Shown: positions 15,335 to 20,000 of the stretch, piece by piece
How positions within the stretch are numbered: the first letter of the stretch is position 1
Layout: each line of letters begins with the position of its first letter
From: an uncultured virus (IMG/VR IMGVR_UViG_3300030372_003010)
Taxonomy: Duplodnaviria; Heunggongvirae; Uroviricota; Caudoviricetes
Length of the DNA stretch: 20,000 bases
Direction: 5' to 3' (one strand)
Virus record (IMG/VR): IMGVR_UViG_3300030372_003010
Translations under genes and position numbers: made by a program
Notes under the pieces: generated by a model
What the model was told of the DNA's origin: nothing
The model's input: the letters and a program-made list of their open reading frames with translations, nothing else
Database searches by the model: none

Positions 15335-17323
15335 TTAAAATAATTGTAATTGTGTTTTATTAGGCTGCAGAAGCTCTATCTCCCGCATAACCTTCTTAAG
15401 ATAAAAATCATAATTTATATCATACTCTTCAAATGGCTTTTCTATGTAATTAATAAACACAGTTTGTAACCATTTACCGGCTTCTACTTTAGCAGATCTA
15501 CCGTCAACAGTATTACTCTTTATAATTTTACAACCTCTATTAGATATATAGTATCTAACAGTTCCTTGAAGTTTATCAATTTTATGCTCACTTTCAGTGA
15601 CATATTCTTTATTAAACTCCCAGTTACCTTTCTTCTTAACTCCTCCACAAAAATCAAATATATTTTTGTTAGACTTAAGAGATTCTTCAGGGTCTATATT
15701 TTTTATAAAGTAATTATATATTGCTTTCTTTACACATAAGAAGCTCTTATTTTTATGTAAAGGAAGATCTTCAAATACAAAACGTCCCTTGGACTTAACA
15801 CCTGCAAAATAATATTTATCATTAGATATCTTGTACAGATAGTTAGGGTTTGATTTTCTTAAATCTTCAAATACATCTTTGTGAACTTCTTTATATTCAT
15901 TTATAGCAATATAGTTGTTGACATCTGCCAGCATAACCTTCTGGTATGTATCATGTTCAAGATTCAAATTAGTAATCTTTTCCCACTCTTCACAAAGGCT
16001 CATATACTTATCTACATATTTCCGTGGTATTCTTGTTTCAAGACCATCAGTATTATGCATCAAAGGAACAGCATTTGGAATATTCTCACAAATCATTTCA
16101 TGTAACATCATTAGACTCAATTGTCCATTGATAGTTATCTTCATTGTAAGTTCCGGGTCATATAGAAAACTATTCTCATCATTACTTAAACCATAAGTAC
16201 TATTCAGTACAATCTTGTAAACATAATTTCTAGGGTCAGATTTAGGAATCTTTTTCCTTTCTTTAAAAAACCATTCATACTGATCAGTAAATTCTTCTTT
16301 AGGAAGATGTAATGGTGCCCACTTGTTTTTAATAGCTAGGTTAGGATAAAAACTTGTAACATCTGACGACATTATAACATAGTCTTCATCAGAAGTATAC
16401 ACCTCTTTTCTAGCTCCGTGTACACCACCGAGACCAAAATGAGTTGTTATATTCTTATACCTAACTGTGTATTTGAAATTACCTTTTAGATCATTTGCAT
16501 CTAGTACTAGGTCATTAAACTTATTAACTAGTCTTTGAAATGTAGCTGTCTTAAAATTAATATAAGGCAGAATTAAATCTTTGACTACAAGCTTGCTGCG
16601 GTATGTTCTTAATTTCTTAAGATCATACTTTGCTATACCTGTCTTCTCACTAAGGAAAAGTGCAAATAGTTCTTTAGCTATTCTTGGTTCAGATGCACTA
16701 AATAAATCTATATTATATTCTTCTGTCAAAGCTTTCCTAAGTTCTATCTGTTTCTTACTTTTAAACATGATAGCTTTAGTTGACTTGACATCATTAATAC
16801 AATAAGTTATTATGTCATCTACCTGCTCTTTAGTTTTAATTTCAGTACTGTGATGGATAGGCATGTCTTGTATGTTCTGCCAATCCATAGTAAACTGAAT
16901 CCACTTTAAACTAGATCTCTTAGCTGCATTATCCCAATGGTTGAGTTTAAATACATCTATCTGTCTGATCTGTAAGTGCCAAGGTGCAAATTCAGAGAAT
17001 TCTCCTTCATTTTGCCTCTGTATTATGCTTTGAGCTTTTCCATATAAAAATAAAGCTATTTCTTCCCCCGGCATTTCCAGGAGTTGTTCTTTATTTCTTA
17101 ATACATGTTCTGTAATTTGAGCATCAAAGGACAAACCATTAAAAGATACATGCCATTCTTCACGGAAGATGTTTCTTTCTAGAAATGTAACAAATTCTAG
17201 AATATCATTCCGAGTGTTATGAATAACAAATATTTCTCTATAATCAGATTTGATATCTTCAAAGACGGCTATGAAACAATTTAATAAAGTCTCATAGTCC
17301 ATCACCCAATGGGTTCTATTCAT
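15335..17323 (-). CDS. polB: Family B DNA polymerase with 3'-5' exonuclease domain
   Basis: ExoI VMDYET, ExoII FNGLSFD and ExoIII YCINDV are present, as are polymerase motif A SDVTSFYPN, motif B YKIVLNSTYG and motif C NTDG (16043-16054). 662 aa. Confidence 0.93.
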   Translation of the reverse strand: MNRTHWVMDYETLLNCFIAVFEDIKSDYREIFVIHNTRNDILEFVTFLERNIFREEWHVSFNGLSFDAQITEHVLRNKEQLLEMPGEEIALFLYGKAQSIIQRQNEGEFSEFAPWHLQIRQIDVFKLNHWDNAAKRSSLKWIQFTMDWQNIQDMPIHHSTEIKTKEQVDDIITYCINDVKSTKAIMFKSKKQIELRKALTEEYNIDLFSASEPRIAKELFALFLSEKTGIAKYDLKKLRTYRSKLVVKDLILPYINFKTATFQRLVNKFNDLVLDANDLKGNFKYTVRYKNITTHFGLGGVHGARKEVYTSDEDYVIMSSDVTSFYPNLAIKNKWAPLHLPKEEFTDQYEWFFKERKKIPKSDPRNYVYKIVLNSTYGLSNDENSFLYDPELTMKITINGQLSLMMLHEMICENIPNAVPLMHNTDGLETRIPRKYVDKYMSLCEEWEKITNLNLEHDTYQKVMLADVNNYIAINEYKEVHKDVFEDLRKSNPNYLYKISNDKYYFAGVKSKGRFVFEDLPLHKNKSFLCVKKAIYNYFIKNIDPEESLKSNKNIFDFCGGVKKKGNWEFNKEYVTESEHKIDKLQGTVRYYISNRGCKIIKSNTVDGRSAKVEAGKWLQTVFINYIEKPFEEYDINYDFYLKKVMREIELLQPNKTQLQLF

Positions 17324-17326
17324 ATT

Positions 17327-17710
17327 CTAAGATTCTACTACTGCTGATATAGAAGGTTTATCTTTCTTAGTTTCTAGGAAACTTTTAAGACTAAACTTTT
17401 TAGCATTCACAGCAAAGATATTTACAATCTCTTTTATAGAGTCTACATCTTCAATGTAATACTCTTGAAAAGTTTCAATTGATCTTCTTTCTTGTTTAGC
17501 TCCTCTATTACCACTAATAGCTTTTCCATACTCATCTAGTTTAGGTAACATATGTAATGCAGTTTTAACTGTCTTACCTATAATTACAAAAACTTTTGAT
17601 GTTGGATCAAATATACATTCTACATATGGACAATCATTACTGATAGGTACCATTTTAAAAGTTTGTGTTTCTTGCCAGGTTGATTTAACCAGGATCATTG
17701 AATTCTCCAT
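17327..17710 (-). CDS. Hypothetical protein, 127 aa
   Basis: Packed 3 nt upstream of polB in the same orientation, with an A-rich leader (aaaaaaaatcaacATG). No motif recognised. Confidence 0.75.
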   Translation of the reverse strand: MENSMILVKSTWQETQTFKMVPISNDCPYVECIFDPTSKVFVIIGKTVKTALHMLPKLDEYGKAISGNRGAKQERRSIETFQEYYIEDVDSIKEIVNIFAVNAKKFSLKSFLETKKDKPSISAVVES

Positions 17711-17737
17711 GTTGATTTTTTTTATAAAAATAATTAA

Positions 17738-18298
17738 TTAATTTGATATTTTATTCAAGCAAGGTACATTTAGTATAAGTTTTTCTTTTTCAAGGTCTGG
17801 TTTGCTACATAGTTCACCAACATCTTTTAAGAAACTAACCTCTACATTTAAGCACAATGCATAATCTTCATAATACTTATCGGGATGCAAATAGCTTTTC
17901 ATATAGACATAGTTTCCTGTATTAGAATCAAAGAACTTTAATATCTCTTTCTTTGTGGACTCATTCATTTTACTATATCTACCTTCTAAAAACTTTTCCC
18001 AATCATCTTTTTTATCTGAAAATTCAAATATTACTACTAAATTTTCTTCATCAATCATACAATAATCAGCCAATCTATTGTGCCTTAATAACACATTTTT
18101 CTCAAATTTTTTATATTCATTATCATCTCTTGGGTGATACAAACAAACAAGTTTTGCATCATCTTTTGACACAGTGTCATTCCACTCTATATATGTTTCT
18201 GAGGGAACAACACTTGAACCTTTCCTTATTCCAAGCAAAGGGTACAAAAATAACTTTGATTTTTGAAAATACTTTTTATAAACGGATTTTACTGGCAT
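17738..18298 (-). CDS. Hypothetical protein, 186 aa
   Basis: Co-oriented and closely packed between the exonuclease gene and the 127-aa gene. No motif recognised. Confidence 0.8.
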   Translation of the reverse strand: MPVKSVYKKYFQKSKLFLYPLLGIRKGSSVVPSETYIEWNDTVSKDDAKLVCLYHPRDDNEYKKFEKNVLLRHNRLADYCMIDEENLVVIFEFSDKKDDWEKFLEGRYSKMNESTKKEILKFFDSNTGNYVYMKSYLHPDKYYEDYALCLNVEVSFLKDVGELCSKPDLEKEKLILNVPCLNKISN

Positions 18299-18310
18299 AA
18301 ATTTAATTAA

Positions 18311-19348
18311 TTATAATGTTACTTTTCCTAATGCTAATTTATATGGTAGACCATAGCTTCTTGTGTTGTAGTGATAATCTAGTTGAGGAAGCACTTCATT
18401 TCTAAACTTTATTAACCACTCTTCCATAGTCTTAGGTTTAACTTGAAAAGGATAAACTTGATTATATTGATCAATAACTACAAATGTAAAGTTTATACCC
18501 CACTCTAACTTATCTTTTCTATTATTAATATATTTATAAAACGCAAGATTATAATAAATAGCTGCTTGAATCCAGTATTTATAGTATTCTACAGAGTCTG
18601 CAAAATCAATTAGAGGCTTCCCTGTTGTTTTAACATCATTTATAAATAACTGTTTCTTGTCTTCATCTATAACTACATTATCTAGTATACCCTTAAATCC
18701 ATACTTGAGATTATCTTCAAAGATATTTCTATCAGAACGCACTGATACTTCATTATCTACAGATAGATGTTTATCTTCTTCTGACTTTTCTAATTGTAAC
18801 AGCTGTTTAACAGTAGTGTTATTACTTACACTCATTACACACTCCTTACAATAGTTTAGAGTTTCTACATCTACTAATGTTTTGCCTGCAGCTTTCTTTA
18901 GAAAATCAAAATAACTTATGTTATCATCTGTTAGAATCTTTTTGATTCTTGCTTCATCAGTCTTAAGCTTTTGATGTAAATTGATTATTTCTAATAAATC
19001 TAATATGTTTTTTTCAAAAAGCCTTAGTGATAATGAATCATCTCCAAGATCTGTATAGAGTTTAAAAATCTCATCAACTATCATTTTATTATTACCACTT
19101 GGTAACTTACCAGGAATGATTATAAACTCATCATCAAATGCATCTTTATCTAGAAGAAGGCAGTGAATGACCCTCCCTTTTACAAGGTGAGAGTCAACAC
19201 TGTCCTCTCTCTGGTTGAGCACATAGTGAGAGTAAAACATTCTTGGTGAAAACAATAGTTTATTTATGCTACTATAGCTAAAATAAAACTTGTCTTTATA
19301 AAATTGCTCTAGTTCATCAGAACCAGTCAAAGTCTGTGTTTCCGCCAT
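18311..19348 (-). CDS. PD-(D/E)XK exonuclease (RecB/RecE/Cas4-like phage nuclease)
   Basis: Motifs FSYSSIN, KGRVIHCLLL, NEVSV, FKGILDNV, INDVKTT and YWIQAAIY occur in the canonical order for this family. Confidence 0.85.
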   Translation of the reverse strand: MAETQTLTGSDELEQFYKDKFYFSYSSINKLLFSPRMFYSHYVLNQREDSVDSHLVKGRVIHCLLLDKDAFDDEFIIIPGKLPSGNNKMIVDEIFKLYTDLGDDSLSLRLFEKNILDLLEIINLHQKLKTDEARIKKILTDDNISYFDFLKKAAGKTLVDVETLNYCKECVMSVSNNTTVKQLLQLEKSEEDKHLSVDNEVSVRSDRNIFEDNLKYGFKGILDNVVIDEDKKQLFINDVKTTGKPLIDFADSVEYYKYWIQAAIYYNLAFYKYINNRKDKLEWGINFTFVVIDQYNQVYPFQVKPKTMEEWLIKFRNEVLPQLDYHYNTRSYGLPYKLALGKVTL

Positions 19349-20000
19349 TTGTTTTTTCTGTTTTTAAATTATTAGGTTGTGATCCTGTTTCTACCAGGGA
19401 CCTCTCTGGTTCAGAAACTACTTCTTCTTCAGTAACTTCTTCTTCTATGTCTTCATTAGACTCTACTACAGGTACTACTTCTTCTATAGCTTCAATAGAT
19501 ACTTTTTCTTCAACATTTGCTAAATCCGGGTCCACTGTTTCATAATCCGAATTTTCTGAAATAGTTGGGTCTTCTTCAGGAATTCTTTCAACATCACTTC
19601 TTTCATGAGAATGCTCTGTATCTTTTGTCCAATAAAAACCTGTATTCGCTGCAGTCTCAGCACTAAGTGTATAAGTCTTAGGTTTAATGTAGTTACTATA
19701 TCCACCATTAGCAAAATGGTCAGAATTTTCTTCCATTATAATTTCTAAAGCTTGCTTACTTAACGCATCATGATTCATTAAGCTTTTAATTAATGTATCT
19801 ACATGTTGATTGTAATAATTATCCTTACCCATGTAACTTTTAAGAGACTTAAAGTTTACATGATTTTTAGATCTGCAACCTTGTATAGCATAGTTATGAT
19901 GATAATATAAAAGTTCTAACCACAGAATGCTTTCTTTATAATTACAATTAGCCATAATTTCCATAGCAAGAACATGATTTTCATTATCAGAACTTAGAAA
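19317..20000 (-). CDS. Hypothetical protein, 5'-partial, with acidic C-terminal tail
   Basis: The frame stays open to the window edge (FLSSDNENHVLAMEIMANCNY...), so the track's ATG at 19964 is probably internal. It ends ...GGNTDFDWF with TGA at 19319-19317 and overlaps the nuclease start by 32 nt. Confidence 0.8.
   Translation of the reverse strand, partial: FLSSDNENHVLAMEIMANCNYKESILWLELLYYHHNYAIQGCRSKNHVNFKSLKSYMGKDNYYNQHVDTLIKSLMNHDALSKQALEIIMEENSDHFANGGYSNYIKPKTYTLSAETAANTGFYWTKDTEHSHERSDVERIPEEDPTISENSDYETVDPDLANVEEKVSIEAIEEVVPVVESNEDIEEEVTEEEVVSEPERSLVETGSQPNNLKTEKTNGGNTDFDWF

Noticed and set aside
16043..16054. PolB motif C reading NTDG rather than DTDS as a sign of inactivation
   Set aside because: The essential second Asp is retained, NTDG is a known variant in phage family B polymerases, and all other motifs are intact.
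199..17323. Inteins, introns or homing endonucleases in the vRNAP or PolB genes
   Set aside because: No intein splice-junction or LAGLIDADG/HNH motifs were seen, PolB motif spacing is compact, and the frames are uninterrupted.
18311..19348. Cas4 as part of a CRISPR-Cas system
   Set aside because: There is no repeat-spacer array or other cas gene, and no clear Cas4 four-Cys Fe-S pattern. The context is a phage replication module.
13793..19714. Short + strand ORFs (13793, 14388, 14395, 14847, 15881, 15915, 16581, 17953, 18657, 19336) and the - strand ORF 19520-19714
   Set aside because: They are shadows of, or nested out of frame within, well-supported - strand genes, and show no motifs.
1..20000. 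Stop-codon reassignment (TAG or TGA recoding), known in some crAss-like phages
   Set aside because: Multi-kilobase ORFs are intact in code 11, and TAG (17327-17329) and TGA (19317-19319) end genes at sensible operon boundaries.

Overview
AT-rich phage DNA, most consistent with a crAss-like (Crassvirales-related) phage of a Bacteroidetes host, read in the standard genetic code. The + strand (1-13687) carries three genes: a 5'-truncated giant virion RNA polymerase gene (>2,529 aa, GGDFDVDK catalytic loop), a 1,978-aa putative ejected virion protein (HExxH zincin motif, LysM domain, hydrophobic C-terminal helices), and a 49-aa ORF missed by the ORF track. The - strand (13659-20000) carries a convergent replication/recombination module: two small ORFs, a DUF932-like protein with an acidic tail, a family B DNA polymerase ending in a beta-clamp-like motif, two hypotheticals, a PD-(D/E)XK exonuclease and a gene cut by the window edge. 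The only sizeable intergenic region (14023-14201) holds two related terminator-like hairpins and a Bacteroidetes-consensus promoter. The most unusual signal is that the two giant proteins appear to contain only one cysteine each in about 4,500 visible residues, placed head-to-tail at their junction (..VCKF* / MAC..), which suggests covalent or metal-mediated chaining of ejected proteins. All family assignments come from motif recognition by eye; no searches were run.
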